Under the pieces are notes generated by a model. That model worked only from the letters and a program-made list of their open reading frames with translations. It was not told the origin of the DNA and did no database searches. A program made the translations under genes and the position numbers. From the NCBI GenBank assembly GCA_965228855.1, contig CBDDIJ010000003.1, forward strand, positions 3,200,001 through 3,264,000: a stretch of 64,000 nucleotides of DNA, written 5' to 3'. This stretch comes from Candidatus Obscuribacterales bacterium (GTDB lineage: Bacteria; Cyanobacteriota; Vampirovibrionia; Obscuribacterales; Obscuribacteraceae). Positions 38,595 through 48,383 of the stretch are shown here, piece by piece. Numbering within the stretch: the stretch's first letter is position 1; every line of letters starts with the position of its first letter.

Positions 38595-40379
38595 GTGAGA
38601 TCTGAGATCACGATTATTGCAGTTTGGTCAATCGCGCTACTTTCATTGTTATCGCGTTGTCCGGCTGTACAAGCCGAAAACAATTTCCCTAAAGTTCAAT
38701 CTGGCGAATTGTTCATGGAAGAGGTCGTTTCCACGCCGGAAAGTGAGCGGAAGTCCTGGGAAATTTTGTATGCTGCCTATAGCTGTGTCTACCATCATCA
38801 ATATGCACTTGCCGAGCGGTGGCTCTTGTATGGGCAAGTAAAAGCAGGTGATGAGTTATTGAGAGCGCGCGAAGACCCTACATATCTTGCCAAAGCACTA
38901 AACAGCATCGCTAGCAGTCGTAAGCAAGCTGCGGTGTCGGAATCGTCGTGCGAACTGCTAGTGCTGCGTTCCCTAATACAAAACAGGCTTGGTGACCGAA
39001 AAGAAGCTCTCGAAATGATGAAGAGGGCGGTGCTGAATAATCCAAACCACCCTGCTGTTCAGAAATTGAACATCAAAATCAAGACGATGGAGCTCGAACT
39101 ATCCGATAGTCCATGGATAGTGCCACCAGATGTGGTGCAAACAGGAGGTAAGAAAAATCAGCTTTCGAAGTGGAGGATGGACAAGTTTCCGCTCAAAGTG
39201 TTCGTTCCAACAGACACGGCGATGTTGAAGGTGGCCGGATACAGGACCGGTGATGGCCAGTTGTTGCGCTCGGCTTTTGAAACATGGCAAAGGCAAAGTG
39301 GTGGCAAGATGCGATTCGTATTTGAGCCTGTGGAAACGAAAGCTGACATCCTCTGTACATGGGTGAGCGATCAAAAGGTTCTCGAGATTGCTGATGCAGT
39401 GGGGGTTTGCTCAAGGCAGGCAAATCAAAACAACTACCTCACTCAAGCGCGAATCAAGATTCTCACTTTTACTGTCAATGGACCTGTTTCGCCAAGTCTT
39501 GGCAATGAATTTCGCAAGAAGTTCCTCCAGGAGGTCTGCCTCCACGAGATTGGTCACAGTCTAGGATTGAATCATAGTTCGAACGAAAAAGACATTATGT
39601 GGCCTGTCGCGCACTGGCAACCCGTAATTGCTTTAACGAATGGTGATGTCGCGGCAATGGCTTCTCTTTATTTGTCAAATGTTCATGATGACATCAGCGC
39701 TGTTCTTGATGCCGTTCAAAGCGGCAACTACAAAGCAGCGATTGCACCGCTCAATAAAGCCGTCTCGATGAATTCAAAAGACAGTCAAACCCGCGATACG
39801 ATCTGCTTTTGTTTGGTGACAACGGCTAGAGCTTCGATGCGCCGAAACGATTACAGTACGGCAATAGACCTGCTCACCAAGGCAAAGGCCCTTGCATCTG
39901 CAAGTGAATCTACAAACACAAAACAACTGGTCTTGAAGAATCTTGAGTATGCTTATTTGCAGTCTGGCAACTTGAAAGGTGCTGAGGACCTCGAACAGCA
40001 AAATCCCCAGCTGAAGACAGACAACCAAAACAGCGCCTCGTTCCTAGATCAATATGGGCTCAAGACAGAATCGATACCGTATTACGAAAGGGCTCTTGCA
40101 GCCGCTCCTGATGATATAGCCATTCGTGAAAAATTCTGCTTTCTGCTTGTGACGCTGGCGAAAGACGAGATAAGCGCAAACAATGAGACGAACGCAATTA
40201 CGCTTTTGACGCGGGCAAAAAGCATGCTCTCAAGCAAAACTTCCAGTCAAACTATACGCAAGGTGTTTGACACATTGCGGTATGCATATCAAAGAACCGA
40301 ACAGTACGATCAGCTTGATGACAGTTCGCGAGAGATGAATGCGTTGCTCCGACAACAAGAGTCGAGTAAATCGGAATAA
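38595..40379 (+). CDS. Matrixin (M10-like) metalloprotease with TPR repeats, secreted
   Basis: HEIGHSLGLNH, Met-turn DIMWP, signal peptide, TPR helices. Confidence 0.88.
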   Translation: MRSEITIIAVWSIALLSLLSRCPAVQAENNFPKVQSGELFMEEVVSTPESERKSWEILYAAYSCVYHHQYALAERWLLYGQVKAGDELLRAREDPTYLAKALNSIASSRKQAAVSESSCELLVLRSLIQNRLGDRKEALEMMKRAVLNNPNHPAVQKLNIKIKTMELELSDSPWIVPPDVVQTGGKKNQLSKWRMDKFPLKVFVPTDTAMLKVAGYRTGDGQLLRSAFETWQRQSGGKMRFVFEPVETKADILCTWVSDQKVLEIADAVGVCSRQANQNNYLTQARIKILTFTVNGPVSPSLGNEFRKKFLQEVCLHEIGHSLGLNHSSNEKDIMWPVAHWQPVIALTNGDVAAMASLYLSNVHDDISAVLDAVQSGNYKAAIAPLNKAVSMNSKDSQTRDTICFCLVTTARASMRRNDYSTAIDLLTKAKALASASESTNTKQLVLKNLEYAYLQSGNLKGAEDLEQQNPQLKTDNQNSASFLDQYGLKTESIPYYERALAAAPDDIAIREKFCFLLVTLAKDEISANNETNAITLLTRAKSMLSSKTSSQTIRKVFDTLRYAYQRTEQYDQLDDSSREMNALLRQQESSKSE

Positions 40380-40496
40380 GCTCGAACTTTCTGTCGAGCG
40401 TTATCTTCAGCTATCACACCTACTCGGAGATTCGCCTCGACTCTCCCGTCGCAAACTTACTGTAAGATAAAATCGGAGAGGCTATGGAGCTGACTT

Positions 40497-41615
40497 TTGA
40501 AAGCCTGGCTAAAAATTACTGGAATAGTTGTAGGCGCCGGTCTTGGCACCCTCCTGCTGAAGAAAGGCGCAGGTCTGGCAGTAAAGTATCTAGAGCGAAA
40601 GATCGAACTCCAAAAGAGACTAAACGCAGAGAAACTAGCAGAGTTGGCTCCCTCGCTCACAATCGTCAACGGAAGGAATCTGACTGCGGATAAGGTTCTG
40701 GAAAACGAGAAGATAATCGAAGAGAACCCGGAGAATCTCAAGGCGCGTTGCCTCTTGCTTGGATTCTATGGACGACACAAGCAAAACACAATTGAGAAAG
40801 ATAAATACCAAGAGCATGCACTTTGGGTTATAGAACATTGTCCAGAAAGCCCAGTGGCAAGAGAGTGCGAACTCAATCCTTTATTTTTCGACACCGATGA
40901 AGCCTATGAGAAGGGAAAGCAACTTTGGCTTCGGCACTGTGATGACCCCAGTGCCAATCCTAGGATTTTGAACAACGCTGCTAGATATTTTCTTTCGAGT
41001 GATCGTTCGATTGCCAAAACTTTATTGCTCCGCGGTAAGTCACTTCAACCTGAGAATGCCGAATGGTCCGATCGGTTGGCTCACTTGTATGATCTTGGTC
41101 TTGACGGGTTCAATGAGACAGAATGCGCGATGATAGCTTTCACCGAAAAGCAGAGGGCGTACCAGCTCAGACGGTCTGCGATCCCTTTCTTCAGGATTGA
41201 GCCGCCGACAGATCTGCCTACGCTCGCTCTTAAAGCCGGGCGGATCAAGGATGCTATTAGATATTCGAAATTGCTTCTTCGCGCAGTACCACGACTTCGA
41301 CGTGACGCAGGGTTAGCCAGCGAATGCACACACGAAGCCCATACAGTCTTGGGTCGAATTGCGCTTATAAAAGGCGATGTTCGACTAGCGAAGTCGCATC
41401 TACAACATTCGTCTAACATCGATTGGTCTCCAGTGTTGAACTCATTTGGACCGAACTTGGACCTTGCAAAAGAACTACTAGAAAGGAAAGAAATCGAGTC
41501 GGTACTTCGTTACCTGGATCGCTGCGAAGAGTTCTTGAAAAACGAAGAAAAGATTCCGAAGTGGCGATCAGAAATCACCGCAGGAATCATTCCGTTCGAC
41601 TGGCGAGGTGACTAA
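40497..41615 (+). CDS. TPR-like helical repeat protein with N-terminal membrane anchor
   Basis: 372 aa; intact paralogue of 35659..36773. Confidence 0.75.
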   Translation: MKAWLKITGIVVGAGLGTLLLKKGAGLAVKYLERKIELQKRLNAEKLAELAPSLTIVNGRNLTADKVLENEKIIEENPENLKARCLLLGFYGRHKQNTIEKDKYQEHALWVIEHCPESPVARECELNPLFFDTDEAYEKGKQLWLRHCDDPSANPRILNNAARYFLSSDRSIAKTLLLRGKSLQPENAEWSDRLAHLYDLGLDGFNETECAMIAFTEKQRAYQLRRSAIPFFRIEPPTDLPTLALKAGRIKDAIRYSKLLLRAVPRLRRDAGLASECTHEAHTVLGRIALIKGDVRLAKSHLQHSSNIDWSPVLNSFGPNLDLAKELLERKEIESVLRYLDRCEEFLKNEEKIPKWRSEITAGIIPFDWRGD

Positions 41616-41835
41616 ACGATTCGTCAGATGACCTTGCGAAATCGCTGGCGTTGTCCGGATAATTCCAACTGAAACTAATTTGCCTCATTACTCTTCAGTT
41701 GTCCTTGATGGCGGACTCGATCTGACACCCGGTATACTCCAACTTATGAAGGTACGGAAACGTTTGGCGGAGAATTTTGCGCGTGGCTGACGAATCTTTG
41801 ACCAGAATTTAATTCCCGTGTCCTATGCTTTCTAA

Positions 41836-43224
41836 ATGAACTCATCGAACGAAAACTCTTTTGCCATTCTGCTGATACCTTTTGTTAGCAGTCTATTCCT
41901 TTGTGGCAGTGCTCATGCTGATGTTCTTAAACTCGAGTACAAGATTGAAAAAACAATAGAAACGGAAGCGAATCACGGAAAAAAATCCACTGCCTTAACC
42001 TCAAAACACGATTCATCAAATCAAACATTTCTGCTTGATTCCAATGCATTTGCAATCTCAAAGAACGAAGACGAGATGCAATTCCAATTCGCAGACAGGC
42101 GTATTCGTTTTCTAGACCATAAAACGCGCACGTATCGCGATGTGTCCATATATCCGATACTAGTCAATCGCTTCGCCGCGATGCAACGCACTTACTTAAT
42201 CAGAAAAGAATTGACTGATCTCAAACAGGAATTTCAGTCAAACATCGATTCCTTTACGATGTCTTGCATAACAGGCCTGCCATTTCCAAAGGAGGAGAAC
42301 GTTGAACTTTCAAGCACCGAGAAAGACAAGACGGTTACGTTCAGACATAACGGTCGAGTAGTCACCACGGTCACATTCTCTGATACACCGATCGCAGATG
42401 CGTTTTGCATCAGTTACGGAAAAGCGCTCTTGTATGAGCTGGAACTCCACCCTCTGGTCAGAAAACAAATCCTCGAGCGAAAAGTGGTAATCAAGAGATT
42501 GTCATACGATGTGGAACTTCGAACTGCTGAAGACTTCAAGTCCCGTGAGAAGAGGAGCACAACAGTACAGTTGATCGGCACCGCTAATGATACTGGAAAA
42601 GTTCTAATACCTGACGGATACAAAAAAGCCTTCTCCGCAGATTCTCCACTCCACAAGCTTCAGGAGACAGTATTCCTGCCAGACCATCCAATCGAGTTGC
42701 CGTCGCAAGACAAGGTTGTTTCGGACGCACAGGAGTTGATCAAGAAGAAAGAAACTCTGGACGCATTTTTATGCTTGCTGGAGTTTGGAATTGAATCCAA
42801 TAATGCAACAGAACCTGTGAGAAGGATGATCAAAAAGTTGTCCCAAAACGAATCTCCTATCAGCAAGATGGGGAAGTTGCACGAAGCTAGGACCAATCAA
42901 GAAATCGCGGAAGCGCTCGAAGAATTCGATCAAATTAAGAAACAGGCACCACTCAAAGGTTACTTAATTGAGGTCTTCAAAGGTAATGTTGCTAGTCAAA
43001 GCGACATGAAAGCCGATGAGATGTTTCTGAATGCACTAAATCAGAATCCATTACTTACTGGAACCTATGTTGATCTCGCGGCATATTACAATTCACGAAA
43101 GCGTTTCGTCCTGGCTTGGGATTGCTACGATCTGGCGAGGCAAATTTGCCCGGACCACCCCACTCTAAATAGAGTTAGGTTTCTGGAGAAGAGTCTAGCG
43201 GACAGTTATCCGGAGTATTTTTGA
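41836..43224 (+). CDS. Secreted hypothetical protein with C-terminal TPR
   Basis: Signal peptide ending AHA; ALNQNP...YVDLAAYY TPR-like segment. Confidence 0.75.
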   Translation: MNSSNENSFAILLIPFVSSLFLCGSAHADVLKLEYKIEKTIETEANHGKKSTALTSKHDSSNQTFLLDSNAFAISKNEDEMQFQFADRRIRFLDHKTRTYRDVSIYPILVNRFAAMQRTYLIRKELTDLKQEFQSNIDSFTMSCITGLPFPKEENVELSSTEKDKTVTFRHNGRVVTTVTFSDTPIADAFCISYGKALLYELELHPLVRKQILERKVVIKRLSYDVELRTAEDFKSREKRSTTVQLIGTANDTGKVLIPDGYKKAFSADSPLHKLQETVFLPDHPIELPSQDKVVSDAQELIKKKETLDAFLCLLEFGIESNNATEPVRRMIKKLSQNESPISKMGKLHEARTNQEIAEALEEFDQIKKQAPLKGYLIEVFKGNVASQSDMKADEMFLNALNQNPLLTGTYVDLAAYYNSRKRFVLAWDCYDLARQICPDHPTLNRVRFLEKSLADSYPEYF

Positions 43225-43363
43225 GTTGGACCCTAGATTTGCTTGACTCGTGTGCTCAGAGTTTCAATCTACAGTAATTACCCTATTCAGAACTTCCGCA
43301 AATTTGAGCTATGCTCTGGTGACAGGCTGGCTAAGATGTCTTTCGATTACCACGCGGGACTAA

Positions 43364-44170
43364 ATGAGTTCATACAAAAACTGTTTTTTGCGGCACGCTT
43401 TTGTCCTACTCATAGCGGCGTCATCATGCCTGGCTTACGCGCAGATACCACCTGCGGTAGCAGAAACGGCGCTCCAACCACGAGCTGCCCAAACTAATGA
43501 ATCGCACATTGTATTTACCTATACTCCGAAGGATTGCTGTTCCTGTCAGATTACACCTGATATATGCGGTGGAGGCTTCTACACGCGTAACACTGAGAAC
43601 CGAATAATGCGTTGCTGGTTCCCGCCGTCGGTTAGGTCCTCTCATCCTGTAAAGGTCCGATTTAGAATTCATAGGAATGGCAGATTGAGCAAATTACGGC
43701 TTTGTAAGTCTGCGACTTCTGAAGAGAATGCGGCTGCGTTGGACGCGGTCAAATCCGCGGCTCCGTTCTTTAAACTTCCCGAAGAAGCGCCCAAGTTTGT
43801 TGATATAGAGTTTGCTTTTTCTAAACCTCCAATGAATGGACGGCAAGACGGAAGCCATGGGAAGCCTGAGCTGTTTACCATCGCACCGTATTTGCTAATC
43901 CTTCAAGACAAGATAGGTGACTCGTGGACAAAGCCTTCTTCCGGATTGGTCACTCTGAAATTTTTGGTTCACGAGGATGGTGCACTTACCGACAGCCAGA
44001 TTATCGAATCCAGCGATACACCCCATGCCGAAAAGCTTGCACTTGCTGCAGTGGAAAAAGCATCGCCCTTGGATTTGCCGCCAGGCTTACCAGACAACTT
44101 GTGGGTGCAAGTAACATTTGATCCTGATATCGGAATGGCAACGATTAGTGAGGTGTTTGTACAACGCTGA
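43364..44170 (+). CDS. Protein with two TonB C-terminal-like domains
   Basis: W.PP...VRFRIHRNG...AALDAV..AAPF..LP pattern occurs twice. Confidence 0.8.
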   Translation: MSSYKNCFLRHAFVLLIAASSCLAYAQIPPAVAETALQPRAAQTNESHIVFTYTPKDCCSCQITPDICGGGFYTRNTENRIMRCWFPPSVRSSHPVKVRFRIHRNGRLSKLRLCKSATSEENAAALDAVKSAAPFFKLPEEAPKFVDIEFAFSKPPMNGRQDGSHGKPELFTIAPYLLILQDKIGDSWTKPSSGLVTLKFLVHEDGALTDSQIIESSDTPHAEKLALAAVEKASPLDLPPGLPDNLWVQVTFDPDIGMATISEVFVQR

Positions 44171-44435
44171 CGTTAACATTCAGAACTCGACGCTCGCTCG
44201 TCTTCCATAAAGTCTTTAGCGTCCTCAGTTCTACCGAATTGTGCAAGTATCTGATTGAATGACCAGACCTCATCTCTTCAGGTGTAAAAATGTGAACCAA
44301 ACCGAGGCATCGGCCACTCCTGCACTTAACATCGAACAAGCACGATACGGTTTAAATGTAGCCTCTCCTCCACCAATCAAATAATTAACTGTTTGCAGCG
44401 TCAGTCTTTCATCCACCCGGGCGACTATATTAGTC

Positions 44436-45872
44436 GTGCCGCACGACAGCAGTGGAACATTCTTGAGCACATCACTCTCTGACAAACAACAAAAACTGGT
44501 CGCTGGCGAGATTCGCAAGTGGATGGACGCAGGCATCGTCAACGGTTTCACGGGCGAAATGCTACTCGCTCGTTATCCCGGAAACCCGAATAAAGCAAGC
44601 GTCAGCGAGATACTAACGCTGATCGGCTCGGTATTAGTCGGTTTAGGAACGATTCTATTTATTGCAGCAAATTGGAGTGCAATCACAATTGGTGTCAAGC
44701 TAATCATCATTATTTCGGCGATAACCCTGACGCATATTGGCGGGTGGAAGCTTCGATTCGAGCCCGGCAAACACCCGCGACTCGGCGCCGGTCTACTGGT
44801 GCTTGGTTCTCTGTTCTACGGAGCTGCCATCTGGCTTATCGCTCAGATATTCAACATCGAAGGCAACTTCGCGGATGGCGTGTTGCTTTGGGCGATTGGA
44901 ACCAGCGCTGTCGCGCTGGCGACTGGAATTATGCCACTCGGCTGTATGTCTGTTATTCTGCTGCACTGGTGGTGCGTAACCTCGAGAGAATTGTGGGAGT
45001 TCAACAGACCTCGCTCTGACCTCGGGTTGCTGCCAAATCTTCTTGCTATCTCGATCTTCGCAGTGTTCATGTCAGTGCGTATGCAGAGTCGAGCAATGGC
45101 TTGGGTGTCGCTGGTGGCGGGTACGATTACAATTTTGACCGAGATGTATTACGCAGGACAGACGCTGCTCCTCCTGTGGGGTCTTCTGGTCTCAGCCGGT
45201 TATCTCTGGACCAGAGAACGTGTGCAGCGGCTGACGATGCCTTTCCTCATCACCGGCGCCGTGTCTATCTTGATGGGGTTGCTTTTTACGACTTTCGGCT
45301 ACGTGAATTATCGTCAGTATCCAATCAATCAGATAGAAGTGATGCTGGCTGCTACACTTGCCGCACTGGGAGTGGTGGCATGGAAGTTTCCAAAATATAG
45401 ATTAGAAGCTGCCTCTTGTATCATTTTCGGCATCGCGACTTGCTTGCTACACGGGACCCAAGAAGGCTCATCGAGACTCGCTTCCAACGTTTTGCTGTTG
45501 CTCGCGATTGCTGGATTCGCGTACGTGGGAATGACGCGACTGCGCTCTGCTGCGATAGTCAACATCGCAATCGTGTTTTTCGTCTTCGACGTCATTGCAC
45601 GCTACTTCGATATGTTTTATTCGACAATGAACCGCTCTATGTTCTTCGTAGGCGGCGGCGTGCTGCTAATGCTGGCGGGAACATTAGCAGAACACGGTCG
45701 ACGCAAACTCGTTGAGAACATTGACGTGAACAACTTCAATTCGAGGCCGACGCCCAACTCATCTAACGATGCGGAAGTGTACATCGACGCGGGTGAATGC
45801 GAAGAGAGTGAACCACAAGCACGTGAACAGCAGGAGGAAATTAATTGGACGGAGGACAGCGATGACAACTGA
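44436..45872 (+). CDS. DUF2157-family membrane protein
   Basis: LVGLGTILFIAANW, IWLIAQIFNI; many TM helices; adjacent to a GDYXXLXY gene. Confidence 0.82.
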   Translation: MPHDSSGTFLSTSLSDKQQKLVAGEIRKWMDAGIVNGFTGEMLLARYPGNPNKASVSEILTLIGSVLVGLGTILFIAANWSAITIGVKLIIIISAITLTHIGGWKLRFEPGKHPRLGAGLLVLGSLFYGAAIWLIAQIFNIEGNFADGVLLWAIGTSAVALATGIMPLGCMSVILLHWWCVTSRELWEFNRPRSDLGLLPNLLAISIFAVFMSVRMQSRAMAWVSLVAGTITILTEMYYAGQTLLLLWGLLVSAGYLWTRERVQRLTMPFLITGAVSILMGLLFTTFGYVNYRQYPINQIEVMLAATLAALGVVAWKFPKYRLEAASCIIFGIATCLLHGTQEGSSRLASNVLLLLAIAGFAYVGMTRLRSAAIVNIAIVFFVFDVIARYFDMFYSTMNRSMFFVGGGVLLMLAGTLAEHGRRKLVENIDVNNFNSRPTPNSSNDAEVYIDAGECEESEPQAREQQEEINWTEDSDDN

Positions 45873-46404
45873 TCAAAAACGAATCGCGTTTATTGCCTCG
45901 GTCATTCTGCAATTCGTGATTCTGACAATCATCGCAATGCCACGCGCCTTCACGCTCAGAGACGGACGCGTCATCACGATCCAGACAGAGCCCTGGGATC
46001 CATGGGATATGTTTCGCGGCGACTACGTGCAACTGCGCTTCGGTTTCACTCAAATAGACGCACGACTGTGCACCGAAATTCTCCAGCGAAACGATACCGC
46101 TTTCGTACTGCTCAAAAGAGATACCGCGAACGATATGAATTGGATACCAAAATCAATCTCAAAAAAAACTCCTACTTGCGCGGCCGATGAAATCACGCTG
46201 AGCGCGCGTGTCGAGTACACTTCAACGGAAACAGTAAACCTGAGCTACGGCATAGAACGAGTGTTCATCCCGGAAGGCACAGGGAAGGAAGTCAAACCGA
46301 CCGACAAAATGGAACTCGATGTCGCTGTCGACAGAGACGGTCACGCAGTCAGCAAAGAGCTTCGATGGAAAAACAGGAAACTATTTGAATGGCGGTGGTT
46401 TTAG
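45862..46404 (+). CDS. GDYXXLXY-domain protein
   Basis: DPWDMFRGDYVQLRF, YGIERVFIPEG; ATG 45862 overlaps the upstream gene. Confidence 0.88.
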   Translation: MTTDQKRIAFIASVILQFVILTIIAMPRAFTLRDGRVITIQTEPWDPWDMFRGDYVQLRFGFTQIDARLCTEILQRNDTAFVLLKRDTANDMNWIPKSISKKTPTCAADEITLSARVEYTSTETVNLSYGIERVFIPEGTGKEVKPTDKMELDVAVDRDGHAVSKELRWKNRKLFEWRWF

Positions 46405-46508
46405 GCGTCGTTTTACAATCGCGACTCAAGCACACGATAGTGCGCCTTTGAATATTCCTGGGCAAAACCGGGCATAATCGAAGTTGGAGAGTTTATCGGG
46501 GTCCATTT

Positions 46509-47567
46509 ATGGGCGATGTCGTTAAAGATTCTAGCGAGAAGGCGACCGAAGCTTCCGCGGTGAAAGCGCCGGAGGCGCCGACTGATCTCCGGGGAACTCA
46601 TCATTCTTCATGGTTTCCGTCTGGCGAGCCCGAGAAGAGCAAGCAAGATTCTGCTAATTTAGCCAATAAAGGCACGATTCCGGAGTTGTCGATTGAGCAG
46701 TCGGAGAGCACCAACACCGCTCATAGCTTCCGAGGCTGGATCGCCGACTCTCTAGCGTCGCCGGAAGACAAAAAGGTATTCCAAGATTACAACAAATTAG
46801 CTGCCGAACTTGGAAGTGCGCCTCTTACCGACACGCAAAAATTGCAAATTGAGAATCTGCCGCCCGATCAGAAGGAAATGTACCGGGGCACTCTAAACGA
46901 CCTTATAAACCTCAAAAATGGCAAAATCAGTCCAGCCGACTACATGATGAATACGCTCTCTCGCGCTGCAGATTTGGCTGAAGCGAATGGTCGATCTCCA
47001 GACAGTTGGAACTATTTGAAACCAAGCCAGGGTGAACTTTTCAAAAACTATATCGGTTTGACCATGTCTGAAAAACCGCTCGGAATCGCCAGAGACACCG
47101 GGCGCGAACTTGTTGGTGGCGGGCCTAATATCGCCGGCTCGGCCCTTGAGACCATGTATCAATCGATAATTGGGAAAAATCATTCTGCTGGCGAAGGTTT
47201 TAACACCAACATTACCGATACCACTGATCCAAATAATTCGATCACTCACCACTTCCGTGAGTTTTTGCTTGTCGGTTATAACCGTGGAAAGTATGTGGCT
47301 GACAAAGCTGCGGCGTACATTGACAGCCCTGCTGAGAATCCCGGCGACGTGCGCGATGGTTACTTCGCAGGAATGCTTGGCGCGGCGCTCAGCTCAGGTG
47401 ATATCTCTCCCAGACAAGCCGCCGATTTGACGAAATGGGCGTACACCAAACATGGTGGCACACAGCCACCATGGGGTGCAGAAAATATTGCCGGGAAATT
47501 CTTGGATCCGGACAAACACTACAACATCAAAGACTGGTTAAAAGCTTATCGCGAGCGCCAGGATTGA
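46509..47567 (+). CDS. Hypothetical protein
   Basis: 352-aa ORF. Confidence 0.7.
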   Translation: MGDVVKDSSEKATEASAVKAPEAPTDLRGTHHSSWFPSGEPEKSKQDSANLANKGTIPELSIEQSESTNTAHSFRGWIADSLASPEDKKVFQDYNKLAAELGSAPLTDTQKLQIENLPPDQKEMYRGTLNDLINLKNGKISPADYMMNTLSRAADLAEANGRSPDSWNYLKPSQGELFKNYIGLTMSEKPLGIARDTGRELVGGGPNIAGSALETMYQSIIGKNHSAGEGFNTNITDTTDPNNSITHHFREFLLVGYNRGKYVADKAAAYIDSPAENPGDVRDGYFAGMLGAALSSGDISPRQAADLTKWAYTKHGGTQPPWGAENIAGKFLDPDKHYNIKDWLKAYRERQD

Positions 47568-48292
47568 GACTCACTGCGTCCGGCGAAGATTTTTACCAAA
47601 CACAATCCTGCGATAAATCCGCCCAGGTGAGCCGCATATGCAACGCCGGCGCCATCGGGTGAGCCGCCAAGAATACCTGAACTTTCTGCCGCTTGGAAAA
47701 CGATCCAGAGACCGAGACAAACATATGCTGGAACGTCCATAATTTGACGCAAAAATAAAACAGTAACCTGTCTATGCGGAAACAATAAAATGTATCCGCC
47801 AAGCACTCCGGAAATAGCTCCTGATGCGCCTAGAGACGGAATCAGTGCATTAGTGCCTGATGCTCCGGTACAAACCACGTGTGATAATCCGGCGATCGTT
47901 CCGCAAATAAGATAGAAGAGTAAGTACTTCAAGTGTCCCATTCGATCTTCGAGATTGTCTCCGAAGATCCAGAGATAGAGCATGTTTCCAGAGATATGTG
48001 CAAAACCTCCATGCATAAACATCGAGGTGAATAACGTTAGATAAACAGACACCGGTGTCTGTCCGAGTTGGAGAGTGGTGGTATTTCCATTGCCGTCAGA
48101 AATCGGAACGGATCCAATTACATCCTGACCGGTCAAGATTTCTCGAGGAACCGTCGAAAACGAATTGGTAAAAGCTTCGTTGGCTCCGAGTCCCTGAAAG
48201 ACAACAAATACAAAGACATTTGCCGCAATGATTATGTAATTTACCCATGGCTCGGACTTGCTGTCGGAATTGTCATCTCGCAGTGGCAACAT
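47546..48292 (-). CDS. Rhomboid intramembrane serine protease
   Basis: HGGFAHISGNM, GASGAISG, AAHLGG. Confidence 0.93.
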   Translation of the reverse strand: MLPLRDDNSDSKSEPWVNYIIIAANVFVFVVFQGLGANEAFTNSFSTVPREILTGQDVIGSVPISDGNGNTTTLQLGQTPVSVYLTLFTSMFMHGGFAHISGNMLYLWIFGDNLEDRMGHLKYLLFYLICGTIAGLSHVVCTGASGTNALIPSLGASGAISGVLGGYILLFPHRQVTVLFLRQIMDVPAYVCLGLWIVFQAAESSGILGGSPDGAGVAYAAHLGGFIAGLCLVKIFAGRSESQSWRSR

Positions 48293-48383
48293 TTTTTTGA
48301 CCAGTCCTTATTTGTCGACAGCTTATTTTATCAAGTGGGTGGGAAAGACTACCATCGTTTAGTCCAGGAGATGTGACTATTGC

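Noticed and set aside
31587..44170. Integron cassette array
   Set aside because: No integron integrase; the repeats differ from one another and lack attC structure; genes lie on both strands.
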